The notes below the pieces were generated by a model. It was given only the letters and a program-made list of their open reading frames with translations, had not been told where the DNA came from and ran no database searches. Positions 18,108-26,973 of a stretch of 64,000 bases of DNA are shown here, piece by piece. How positions within the stretch are numbered: the stretch's first letter is position 1; the number at the start of each line of letters is the position of its first letter. The position numbers were made by a program, and so were the translations under genes. The stretch is from an uncultured bacterium. Lineage in GTDB: Bacteria; Zixibacteria; MSB-5A5; UBA10806. The stretch is from the NCBI GenBank assembly GCA_965541585.1, contig CBEUCH010000007.1, positions 113,055 to 177,054 of the forward strand, read 5' to 3'.

Positions 18108-18629
18108 TCATTGATCCGGGTTTCGCGCCAGGCGGGTGATTACCGCCAGGTGATAATCATCGTGCTCGGCTGCGAAAGCTGCCATGTCGACTAATCTCAT
18201 GGGTATTTTCAGTCGCGGATGCTTGGCGGAACGGCCAACGATCTCCTCCTCCTGCTCCTCCAGCCGACCCAGGAAATTCATACGAACCGTTCTGAATGAT
18301 TCTATAACAGTATCAACATCCTGGCTGTTGTAATCGGCGTCGAAAGTGCGGCGGTTTTTCATATCGGCGGGACGAAGGGTATCCTTGCCGGCAAGAAAAT
18401 CGTCTGTTCTGCCGTCGAAAAGCTCCTCCACCTTGATGAGATGCCCGACGTTCTCCTGTATCGACCATTTGCCGTCGGCTCTTTTTGTCAGCCCCGCTTC
18501 GGGTATATTTCTTACAAGCTCCTTGACCCTGGCCGGAGTGCCGCGCAGCCTCTCTAAGATACATGGGAATACGCCGACTGCAAAATTGAACTCGAATTTC
18601 CTATCTATCCATTTTGTTAATTCTACCAT
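18108..18629 (-). CDS. DinB/YfiT-superfamily protein (putative metal-dependent)
   Basis: GKWSIQENVGHL and AEHDDYHL His motifs; AAGGAG SD upstream on the minus strand. Confidence 0.85.
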   Translation of the reverse strand: MVELTKWIDRKFEFNFAVGVFPCILERLRGTPARVKELVRNIPEAGLTKRADGKWSIQENVGHLIKVEELFDGRTDDFLAGKDTLRPADMKNRRTFDADYNSQDVDTVIESFRTVRMNFLGRLEEQEEEIVGRSAKHPRLKIPMRLVDMAAFAAEHDDYHLAVITRLARNPDQ

Positions 18630-18692
18630 GATACGCTCCTTTTATGAGAATATACGCTTGAATTTATCCCGGGGTTACCGGTTTTTATATCC

Positions 18693-18803
18693 GTAGGGGT
18701 GGATTCAAAATCGACCCGAAAAAGAGCGGGCAGGTCTGAGACTTGCCCCTTCGCTGTAATTCCTGCGTAATCGAAGATCCCCGAAGGGAAAGCAGGAATC
18801 CAG
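18693..18803. repeat. Mosaic of degenerate REP-like elements
   Basis: GTAGGGGTGGATTCAAAATCGACCCG at 18693; a facing copy CGGGCAGGTCTGAGACTTGCCCCTTCG (18727-18753; reverse complement close to GTAGGGGCAGGTCTCAGACCTGCCC); then TGTAATTCCTGCG...AAAGCAGGAATCCAG (18755-18803). Confidence 0.55.
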
Positions 18804-18864
18804 AGGTGATTTTGCCTGTTCTGTACTTGGTTTGGAATCCAACTTTTTGCTTTATTGGGATTAG

Positions 18865-20304
18865 TTACATGAAGAACTTGAAACTATAGGGCCTTCGGGT
18901 AAGTTCTGGCATTCTTTTAACTACTCTTGCGAGAATCTTTGAGTAACCCAAGGTAATTGGCAAGCGATCATAAAGGCTATCATTGTTCCAATTCATTTTG
19001 GTCAATCCAAGAATTTCTGTACAAATATCATCCCAACTACTATGCCCACCATATCTCTTTATCACCAAAGGGAATGGTATGCCTTTACCTTCCTTGAAAA
19101 AATTGCCCTCTTTCAATATTGATTTTACATTCCCTTGCGTCCACAATAGCATATCTCTTGTACCTAGTTGAAGATAAGTTCCTCTTTGACAAGGATAACG
19201 TTGTACGCTGCCTTTCTTTCCTACACCGAATGGAGGGGGGCCAAAGAAAATCCCACGCCACGGAGTGCTTACTTGAATTTGTATTAAATCTAATCCCACT
19301 GGTGCCTTCCACGCGTCAAAACAACCTTCAATTTCCTCTTTTTTAAATTCTGTTGACTTGTGGATTATGACACGCTTTGGTGTCCTACCTCCATGTCTTC
19401 CTTGGTATATTCCCAATGCCCTAACCATTAAACGTCGCATGTCAGATCTGTTTAAAAAAGGATTATCACCGTCCAACTGGATATTATCAGATTCATAAAG
19501 AATAAATTCTAAACCAGTCCCGTCAGAATCAAAAACTTGGCTGCAACAAGTTACGAATCTGGGTTTAGCGGATGAGCGAACTGCATAACTTATGCCGACA
19601 TATGCAGTTTCTGGGCTAGTATCTGCTAATTTCCATGGTATACCTCCCGCCTTGCAATATAATGCCAAGCTAAGTCGCCACATTACACTGCATCTACATT
19701 TATATTGAAAAACCCTATCTTCGCGAAGGATTTGCATCGGTATATTTTGAACAGCGGTTATCGCTTTCAAATGGTCATGTAAATCGAATTCATCACCCGT
19801 AAAACCTACAAAACATTTTGCCCATTTTTCAGGCAATAAGATAACTAGTATATCAAAATCGGATCGTTGGGCGTTTATTTGAGTTATTGCATGGCCTAAG
19901 CTTTGCGCAAGTATGGCTTGTGGCTTGTCGGATAGAGATATTTGTTCATCTAACTCCCTCGGCAATTCAATAAAAGCACTATTAGATGCTAAGACAAAGC
20001 GGATTCCGAAAATATTTGAAAATCCACGAAAATCAGGTAAATATTGTCGACGCTCGATTGGCTTATGAGAATTCTCTAATTCTTGAATAAGGAATTTCAA
20101 TTGGCTTTTATATCCAGAAGGAATAATGGCACCAACTCTAATTGGGTCCATAACACTATTTACCATTGCCCGACTTAGAGGCCCGAATTTATCTAATCCT
20201 AGTAATGGATGAGGACTTCGATCTTCTGATCGAACAGGATGAAATATTAATTCATTTTCTAAAATATTCCCGAAAGCTGGCATTTCGTACGGCTTAAAAC
20301 CCAT
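18865..20304 (-). CDS. Short prokaryotic Argonaute (MID-PIWI, catalytically inactive)
   Basis: HPLLGLDKFGP; MID FDLHDHLKA..IPMQIL and ALYCKAGGIPWKL; PIWI YVGISY (no catalytic Asp) and VIIHKSTEFKKEEIEG; LTKMNWNNDSLYDRLPITL; 479 aa with no N/PAZ domains. Confidence 0.92.
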   Translation of the reverse strand: MGFKPYEMPAFGNILENELIFHPVRSEDRSPHPLLGLDKFGPLSRAMVNSVMDPIRVGAIIPSGYKSQLKFLIQELENSHKPIERRQYLPDFRGFSNIFGIRFVLASNSAFIELPRELDEQISLSDKPQAILAQSLGHAITQINAQRSDFDILVILLPEKWAKCFVGFTGDEFDLHDHLKAITAVQNIPMQILREDRVFQYKCRCSVMWRLSLALYCKAGGIPWKLADTSPETAYVGISYAVRSSAKPRFVTCCSQVFDSDGTGLEFILYESDNIQLDGDNPFLNRSDMRRLMVRALGIYQGRHGGRTPKRVIIHKSTEFKKEEIEGCFDAWKAPVGLDLIQIQVSTPWRGIFFGPPPFGVGKKGSVQRYPCQRGTYLQLGTRDMLLWTQGNVKSILKEGNFFKEGKGIPFPLVIKRYGGHSSWDDICTEILGLTKMNWNNDSLYDRLPITLGYSKILARVVKRMPELTRRPYSFKFFM

Positions 20305-20306
20305 GA

Positions 20307-22028
20307 TTACCTTTGCTTTCTGCTAAATGCCGTTATGTTTAAAATCCTAAATTTCGCGTCTAAGCCATCAATATTTCCAAATGCACTAATCTCACTTTCA
20401 CTATTTCCAGCAGTGATAATTCTACCCCAAGCTTCCATAATCCCATTCCATTCCCGATTGTATCTACGAGCTAACCTTTCTCTAATAAATTCTTTTGTCA
20501 AGTCTGCGTCAGGATCATCTTTTTTATATTCCACATAAATCGATGGTTCGATTAATAGCCAGAGATTGTCTAATCTGTGTTCCAATTTAAATGCTAGAGA
20601 TTCCCTCCATATAAGCTCTGTCTTTGGTATTTTACCGTAAAGCTGTCTTACCACTTTTCGTAATGGATCGAAAATTCTATTACTTGCTTCTGCCAGGTCT
20701 ATTATAGCAAGATATGAACCTCTTCTTTTTACAACTTGGAGCGGCCGTTGGCGGCAAAGTGAAAGACTGAGCGCAGAATAAAGAAGATCATATTCAATTG
20801 ATTCAAAGCGTAATCTGTCTTTCTCTAAAGGATATAAATCAAATTTTGTAATATTATATTTATCAAATATTTTTCTCAAAGTTGAATCAGAACCGAAAGC
20901 TAATACACCCGCCCTTCTTCTAGTCGCAATGACATCTGCTTTAGATTCTTCGATAACTTTCTTTACTTCCTTAATACCCCCAATTTCACATTTAATTAGC
21001 CGACAAACATTTGGAAAGGCGGAAACAAGAAAAGCATTCAATCTTATTAGTGGCCAACCATTGCCCGGTTTAGGCACAGGGACATCAATAACTCTTGGTT
21101 TTTCATCGTTAATATATTTTTGAATGTAATGCGGAATATTCCCAAACAAGTTTATCATATCGCCGAGTAGTTCATCAAAAGTTTCACATTCAATTATATG
21201 GGCGTCGATTTTCCGTTCTTTTGCTTTTGATACCAGATCTTCGACTTCCTTAGATATCGAGATTGTAGAAGGATGGAACCAGAACAAACCGTTGGGGAAA
21301 CCGTCATGTTCAACAACTTTTTTAAATATTTCCATAATAGAATCATCACGGCCACTATATCCTGAAACAGCCAAACCGTAGTTTAAGCAAGCTTTAAATA
21401 AGTCGTTTCGAAGGTTGGCATCCTCTATTTTTAATTCTCGCGAAATGTTTTTGAGTCTACGGGAGTGAAAATCACCATGTAATTTAACTAACAATGGCCA
21501 TCTGTTTTCAGCCAACGCCTCTGAAGCAATAGTTGAATTATCTAGAGTTGCAATAACAAGATCTCCAGTACGTTCAAAAATAGAATATACGGCATCCTCA
21601 ATAATCTTATCGAAATTTGTGGTCCATACAATTCTGGCCTTATCTAATTTCAATAAAGCTGCAAGAATCAAATGGCCATAAGACGATGTTGCCTCTTTCA
21701 TTAATTTGTCAATGTGCAAACGACGATCCTTATCATCTTGAAAAGCACTTTCGAAATAGAAGGCATATTCATCCTTGCTGTTAAGGGGAGGAAAATTGCC
21801 GGTACTATCAAAAAAATGCTGCAATCTATCTCTTAATAACGGATCATTTAGGTCTCTACAAGTTTCAAGGGGGATTTTGTTTTTTGTGCAATAAATGAGT
21901 CTCTTAAAATCCCATATCATATGTACAGCAGTGGGTATTCCTGCCGAGGAAGATGTCCCCGCGCCCAAAAACCACATAATATTCTGGGCACGCAAGGAAT
22001 ATAATCGCAAGAAATTATCAATCTGCAT
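20307..22028 (-). CDS. Sir2-APAZ effector (NADase) of a SPARSA-type system
   Basis: Sir2 motifs WFLGAGTSSSAGIPT, WTTNFD, KLHGDF, VSGYSGRDDS; APAZ-type C-terminal half (PLIRLNAF, WLLIEPSI, RYNREWN..EAW); 2 nt upstream of the Ago gene. Confidence 0.92.
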   Translation of the reverse strand: MQIDNFLRLYSLRAQNIMWFLGAGTSSSAGIPTAVHMIWDFKRLIYCTKNKIPLETCRDLNDPLLRDRLQHFFDSTGNFPPLNSKDEYAFYFESAFQDDKDRRLHIDKLMKEATSSYGHLILAALLKLDKARIVWTTNFDKIIEDAVYSIFERTGDLVIATLDNSTIASEALAENRWPLLVKLHGDFHSRRLKNISRELKIEDANLRNDLFKACLNYGLAVSGYSGRDDSIMEIFKKVVEHDGFPNGLFWFHPSTISISKEVEDLVSKAKERKIDAHIIECETFDELLGDMINLFGNIPHYIQKYINDEKPRVIDVPVPKPGNGWPLIRLNAFLVSAFPNVCRLIKCEIGGIKEVKKVIEESKADVIATRRRAGVLAFGSDSTLRKIFDKYNITKFDLYPLEKDRLRFESIEYDLLYSALSLSLCRQRPLQVVKRRGSYLAIIDLAEASNRIFDPLRKVVRQLYGKIPKTELIWRESLAFKLEHRLDNLWLLIEPSIYVEYKKDDPDADLTKEFIRERLARRYNREWNGIMEAWGRIITAGNSESEISAFGNIDGLDAKFRILNITAFSRKQR

Positions 22029-22074
22029 TTTCAGTTCCCAGATTATTAAGGATATTCTACAAGTAACCTAAAGA

Positions 22075-22103
22075 ATTATATATTATTATTGTGTATATTT
22101 CAA
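22075..22103 (-). promoter_or_regulatory. Putative sigma70 promoter of the Sir2-APAZ/Ago operon
   Basis: Minus strand: TTGAAA (22103-22098), 17 nt, TATAAT (22080-22075). Confidence 0.65.
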
Positions 22104-22145
22104 CCGAATTCTTAAACGGGTTTTCTTGCCTAATAAGAATCTCTC

Positions 22146-23480
22146 CTACAGCCCCATCCTGCCGAAATACTCCCTGGTGGCTTTGACCACCTTGGGGGAG
22201 AGTAGCAGGGCGCCGATCAAAGTCGGAATGGCCATGGTCGCAAACATGGTGTCGAGAAGATTCAAGACGATATCCTGAGACCAGATGGCCCCGAAAAACA
22301 TACTCGCTATATAAACATAAACATATCTGCTGCCGAACTTGTAACCGAACAGATAGCGGGAGCATTTAAGGCTGTAATAGGAATAGGAAATCATCGTAGA
22401 AACAGAGAACAGTATTATAACCAGCGTCATTATGTATCGTCCCAGCCCGGGCATGGCATGCTCGAAGGCGCTGACCGTCATCACCACGCCGTCCTCGGCC
22501 GCAGGAACACCGGTGGATAGTATTACCAGGGCGGTCATGGTGCAGACGATGTTGGTATCCAGAAACGGCCCCAGCATGGCGATCAATCCCTCGCGCACCG
22601 GCTCGTCGGTCTTGGCCGCGCCGTGGGCCATGGGGGCCGTGCCCAACCCGGCTTCGTTGGAGAAGGCCGCCCGCCGGATGCCCGTAATCAGGACCTGCCT
22701 GAACGCTAATGCGGTACCGCCCCCGATGATGGCCTGCCCGCCAAAGGCCGAGGTCACTATTGATGATAAAATGCCCGGAACCGCTGTAATATTAGTTAAG
22801 ATTACGTACAGAGCCGAGATGAAATAAAGCACGAACATGGCCGGAACGACTCTGCTGGTCACCAGCCCGACACGAACGATGCCGCCTATAATAACAACCC
22901 CGACAATCAACATACAGACTATTCCGGTACCGACCCTCGGAATACCCCAATCGCTGCTGAGCAGGCCCGAAAGCTGGTTTACCTGGAACATTGCCAGGCA
23001 GCCGATCATGCCGACTACCGCAAACATGATTGCCAGCGGCTTGAAATATTTGCCCAGACCGACTTCGATGAAATACATCGGTCCGCCCTGGTCGATTCCG
23101 CGTTCGTCTTTTTTCCGATATAACGTCGCCAGCGTGCAGGTGAAATATTTGGTGGACATCCCTACCAGCCCGGCGACCCACATCCAGAAGATAGCGCCCG
23201 GTCCGCCCAGCGAAACGGCAATGGCGACTCCTGCAATATTACCCATACCTATTGTCGCCGACAGCGCCGAGGAGAGCGCCTGGAAATGGCTGATCTCTCC
23301 CGGATCATCGGGATTATCGAATTTGCCCCTCAGGATATCTATCGAATGTCTTAATCCGCTAAACGGCAGAAACCTGCCAGCAATGGTAAAATAAATACCG
23401 GCGCTGATCAGTAGGATAACCAGGGGGAGACCCCAGGCTATATCAACTGCGGCGGCCCAGAAACTACCGAAGATTTCCAA
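22146..23480 (-). CDS. Alanine/glycine:cation symporter (AGCS family)
   Basis: GEISHFQALSSALSATIGMGNIAGVA, GGPGAIFWMW, GGPMYFI, FSNEAGLGTAPMAH, FLDTNIVCTMTA. Confidence 0.93.
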   Translation of the reverse strand: MEIFGSFWAAAVDIAWGLPLVILLISAGIYFTIAGRFLPFSGLRHSIDILRGKFDNPDDPGEISHFQALSSALSATIGMGNIAGVAIAVSLGGPGAIFWMWVAGLVGMSTKYFTCTLATLYRKKDERGIDQGGPMYFIEVGLGKYFKPLAIMFAVVGMIGCLAMFQVNQLSGLLSSDWGIPRVGTGIVCMLIVGVVIIGGIVRVGLVTSRVVPAMFVLYFISALYVILTNITAVPGILSSIVTSAFGGQAIIGGGTALAFRQVLITGIRRAAFSNEAGLGTAPMAHGAAKTDEPVREGLIAMLGPFLDTNIVCTMTALVILSTGVPAAEDGVVMTVSAFEHAMPGLGRYIMTLVIILFSVSTMISYSYYSLKCSRYLFGYKFGSRYVYVYIASMFFGAIWSQDIVLNLLDTMFATMAIPTLIGALLLSPKVVKATREYFGRMGL

Positions 23481-23846
23481 ACTGATATTCTCTTGCTGAT
23501 GATGAGTCGGTTGACCGGATCAATTGCTGCATTGCCGGATAATATATTAGAGTAATCATCCCGAGTAAAAGGAAAAGTTTGATGATTTTGATTTTTTACA
23601 ATCGGTCATGCAGGTACCATAATTTCGTGTAATGGCAATTTAACGCTGTTAAATGAAGTCAACATGCGCCATTTTTCATTGACCTTTGTTCAAAAAATCA
23701 TTAATTGTGCATAATGAACGAGCCTCCTGCTGATCTTCCCACGGGGACAATACAGGCGAAAATCCCCTTTGTCTGTCGAAACGACAACCCGTGGGGATTG
23801 AAAATTAGATTATATTATCAGTGGCATTATTCAACGAGTCGAGTAG

Positions 23847-26800
23847 ATGAAATATAAGCTGGTCGCTGCCATAATTCTGATTCCGGCATTGGCAGGTGCA
23901 GAAAAAGCATATTTTCAGCAGGACGTAACCTATGACATAAAAGCAGAGCTTGACACCGATTCAGCGGTGCTGGCGGGAATCGAGAATATCAATTATATCA
24001 ACAATTCGCCGGATACCCTTCATGAAATCTATTTTCATCTTTTCTATAACGCTTTTCAACCGGGAAGCTACCTGGATATGCAGAGTCGGGAGCGGGGTTA
24101 TTATCGTATATCCCGGCTCAATGAAAAAGACCGCGGGTATATGAATATCGATTTGATAAAGATCGATGAAATCGAGATTGAAGATTATGTGATTGACAAT
24201 ACTATTATGAGGATTCCTCTGGCGACGCCACTTGGACCCTCCGATTCGGTTTCCTTCTATATAGAATTCACAGGCCAGATACCAAAACGGGGGAGCCGCG
24301 CGGCTCACAGGGGAAAACAATTCGATATCGGGCAGTGGTATCCGAAACCGGTGGTCTATGATCGATACGGCTGGCACGTTCATCAACATCTCGATCACGA
24401 ATTTTACGCTGAATTCGCCGATTTCAATATCGAACTGACATTACCGGCGGATTATATAGTTGCCCATATGGGGAAGCTTCTGAATGAAGAGGAGATATTC
24501 GGCGCCAAGCTTCCGATGCCCGAGGGGGATTCGATTATTACGAACGCCGTTGAAACTCTGGAGATAGACTCCGCAAAAGCAGAAATCGACGAGATAGAGG
24601 TTGCGGAAGATACTGCCGGATCGCCGATGAGCGATACCAGTAGTACAGATCTTGAAATAGCCGAAGATGCCCAAGATACCATTGAAGTTATTACTGAAGA
24701 ACTGGATCTAAAGACCTGGAGGATCAGAGCGGAAAACGTGCACGATTTCAGTTTTTGCGCCGATCCGAAATTCATCATGGATATTTGCCGCTATAAGGAT
24801 ACCGTAATTAAAACGTATTATAAGAAATCGACGAAGAAAAGATGGGAATATGATGTAGCCGACTATACCAGAAAAGCGATACGTCTTTTTTCCGAAAACT
24901 ATTTCCCCTATCCGTATGGTCAGTTTTCGACTGTGGCATCGCTGGTGAGCAGCGGCGGCATGGAATATCCGCAGCTAACCATGATCTCGCAGCGATCGGC
25001 CTTCCGGGGTGAGCAGTATCTTCGCATTGAATCGATAATCGGGCACGAGTTAGGGCATGCCTGGTTCGCCGGAATCCTGGGATTCAATGAGACTGAGCAA
25101 AGTTTCTTAGACGAAGGTTTGGCCTCGTTTGCCACCATACAGTATATGGAACGTTATCACGGGAGACGGCATAACAATTTTGCATACAAAAAGAAATGGC
25201 AGAGAAAGCTGCTTCCCAACGGCGACGAACGGAACGATGACCAGAAAAGATATATCTCCAGAGCTATATTGAAAAACGCCGACCCGATGATTACTCCGCC
25301 CAACCTGTTCAAGAGCGACAGGTATTATAGCGCCTCTTATTACAAGGCATCGACAGTCTATCTTATGCTTCAATACGTTCTTGGAGACGAACAATTTGAC
25401 CGGTTTATGAAGTTGCTTTTCGAAAAATGGGCTTTCAAGCATCCCTATCTGTCCGACCTTCAGGCGGTCGCGGAAGAGATCTACGGCGGCAATCTCGACT
25501 GGTTTTTCCGGCAATGGTTTACTACCACCTGGATACTTGATTATTCTCTCGATCGGTTTAAGACCGGGACGACAATAGTCGATGGCGTCCCCGGTTTCAG
25601 CACTATGGTTTCGATCGGAAAACGGGGCCGCTGCATATCCCCGCTTGACGTGACATTCTATTTTGAAGATGGATCGACCGATACCGTATACATTCCTGTC
25701 GATGTCTGGATAGATGGTCAGACGAAATTCGATACGACGCTGTTTTTCCCGACAAAGCCCGAGAAGGCCGTCATCAACCCTGATGTTCGCCTGGGAGATA
25801 TTAACCGTTTGAATAACTCTTCCGGTCTTCCGCCTGTAAACTGGCAATTCATGGTACCGAGATTTATCTACCGCGACAATTATGTCGAGAATTATGTCGA
25901 ATCTTACACGATCGCTCATAACCCGACCGTCTGGTATAATTCGGTCGATGGTGTCAAAACAGGCTACCGATTCGATGGTTCGCATTTAGGCGTAGTAAAG
26001 AAAATGCAGCTTGAAGTGTCTCTGGGCTTGAATAACAGGGCTGTAAATTACGATGCGGGATTTACCGACAGGCTTGTGGGAATCAATCCAAATCTGCAAT
26101 ACCATTTCAGATCACGGGAACTGGAGGGGCGAGGGCGACAGGAGGCAGGTATATTCTGGGATCGCAGGTCAAGGCGGAGCGGTAACTTTTTCCGAATGGA
26201 TCTATCGCTTAACAGGAACTACCAATATGATTCCGAATATATCTATGGCGCCGGCTGGTCTATAGGCGATATCAACACAATTGAATTGAACATTGCAAGA
26301 CGGCAGGGAAAGCGTTTCAGTGAAATTTATTTTCGGACGTCGTTAATATCGTCGATACCGGGAACAGATTATAATTTTACGAGGGCCGAAGCCGATCTGA
26401 CATTCATTTTGTTCGGGATCGTGGGAAACGATACCCGTATCCACATAAAAGGCGGTATCTCCGACGGAAACGTTCCCCTTGAGCGGCGGTTCTTTTTATC
26501 ATCGGCCGACCCATACGAGATCTGGGAATCGCCCCTGTTTAGAAGCAAGGGAACGCTGCCCGACCAATGGAAGGATGACGGGCATCTGTTTAAGCCGGGC
26601 GGCGCCGGGTTGTATGGCTACCTTGATCAGGGCTTGACCGGCACCCGCATGGTATCGGCGAAGATCGAGCGAGATCTGCCGAGGATACGATTTCCGGTAT
26701 CAATTCCTTATCTCTCCAAGCAGGTCAGGAGCATAGCGCCGACAATGTATCTGGCGTCGGGGTATGTCTGGGAAGAACCCGAAAACATGAAGATTGATGA

Positions 26801-26963
26801 TATATTATCCGAAGCCGGGCTATCTTTCAATTACAGCATTCCTTACCTGAATCTGTTCATCACCGAAAACGAATTGACCCTATACTTGCCGCTGTGGTTG
26901 TCCGATCCGGATTCGGATGAAGATAGGTTCAAGTGGCGCTGGCTTTTCAGTGTAACCCCATAA
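23847..26963 (+). CDS. Secreted M1-family zinc aminopeptidase with a long C-terminal beta-barrel-like region
   Basis: Signal peptide; YFQQDVTY, QWYPK, GGMEYP, HELGHAWF..FLDEG (HEXXH-x18-E), WFFRQW; the last ~350 aa are amphipathic strands ending WRWLFSVTP. Confidence 0.88.
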   Translation: MKYKLVAAIILIPALAGAEKAYFQQDVTYDIKAELDTDSAVLAGIENINYINNSPDTLHEIYFHLFYNAFQPGSYLDMQSRERGYYRISRLNEKDRGYMNIDLIKIDEIEIEDYVIDNTIMRIPLATPLGPSDSVSFYIEFTGQIPKRGSRAAHRGKQFDIGQWYPKPVVYDRYGWHVHQHLDHEFYAEFADFNIELTLPADYIVAHMGKLLNEEEIFGAKLPMPEGDSIITNAVETLEIDSAKAEIDEIEVAEDTAGSPMSDTSSTDLEIAEDAQDTIEVITEELDLKTWRIRAENVHDFSFCADPKFIMDICRYKDTVIKTYYKKSTKKRWEYDVADYTRKAIRLFSENYFPYPYGQFSTVASLVSSGGMEYPQLTMISQRSAFRGEQYLRIESIIGHELGHAWFAGILGFNETEQSFLDEGLASFATIQYMERYHGRRHNNFAYKKKWQRKLLPNGDERNDDQKRYISRAILKNADPMITPPNLFKSDRYYSASYYKASTVYLMLQYVLGDEQFDRFMKLLFEKWAFKHPYLSDLQAVAEEIYGGNLDWFFRQWFTTTWILDYSLDRFKTGTTIVDGVPGFSTMVSIGKRGRCISPLDVTFYFEDGSTDTVYIPVDVWIDGQTKFDTTLFFPTKPEKAVINPDVRLGDINRLNNSSGLPPVNWQFMVPRFIYRDNYVENYVESYTIAHNPTVWYNSVDGVKTGYRFDGSHLGVVKKMQLEVSLGLNNRAVNYDAGFTDRLVGINPNLQYHFRSRELEGRGRQEAGIFWDRRSRRSGNFFRMDLSLNRNYQYDSEYIYGAGWSIGDINTIELNIARRQGKRFSEIYFRTSLISSIPGTDYNFTRAEADLTFILFGIVGNDTRIHIKGGISDGNVPLERRFFLSSADPYEIWESPLFRSKGTLPDQWKDDGHLFKPGGAGLYGYLDQGLTGTRMVSAKIERDLPRIRFPVSIPYLSKQVRSIAPTMYLASGYVWEEPENMKIDDILSEAGLSFNYSIPYLNLFITENELTLYLPLWLSDPDSDEDRFKWRWLFSVTP

Positions 26964-26973
26964 GGAGGAGAGA

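Noticed and set aside
18804..22145. SPARSA locus as a new system class, or as a mobile element with att sites
   Set aside because: The architecture matches the described Sir2-APAZ/short pAgo class. No flanking direct repeats or mobility genes were found.
23481..23846. Glycine riboswitch upstream of the Ala/Gly symporter
   Set aside because: The minus strand lacks the GGAGA...CCGAAG...CTCAGG core motifs.
25107..25985. Long antisense ORFs (also 42221-42847, 17025-17585, 22837-23394, 34162-34695)
   Set aside because: They lie opposite well-supported genes and carry no recognisable motifs, so they are most likely shadow ORFs.
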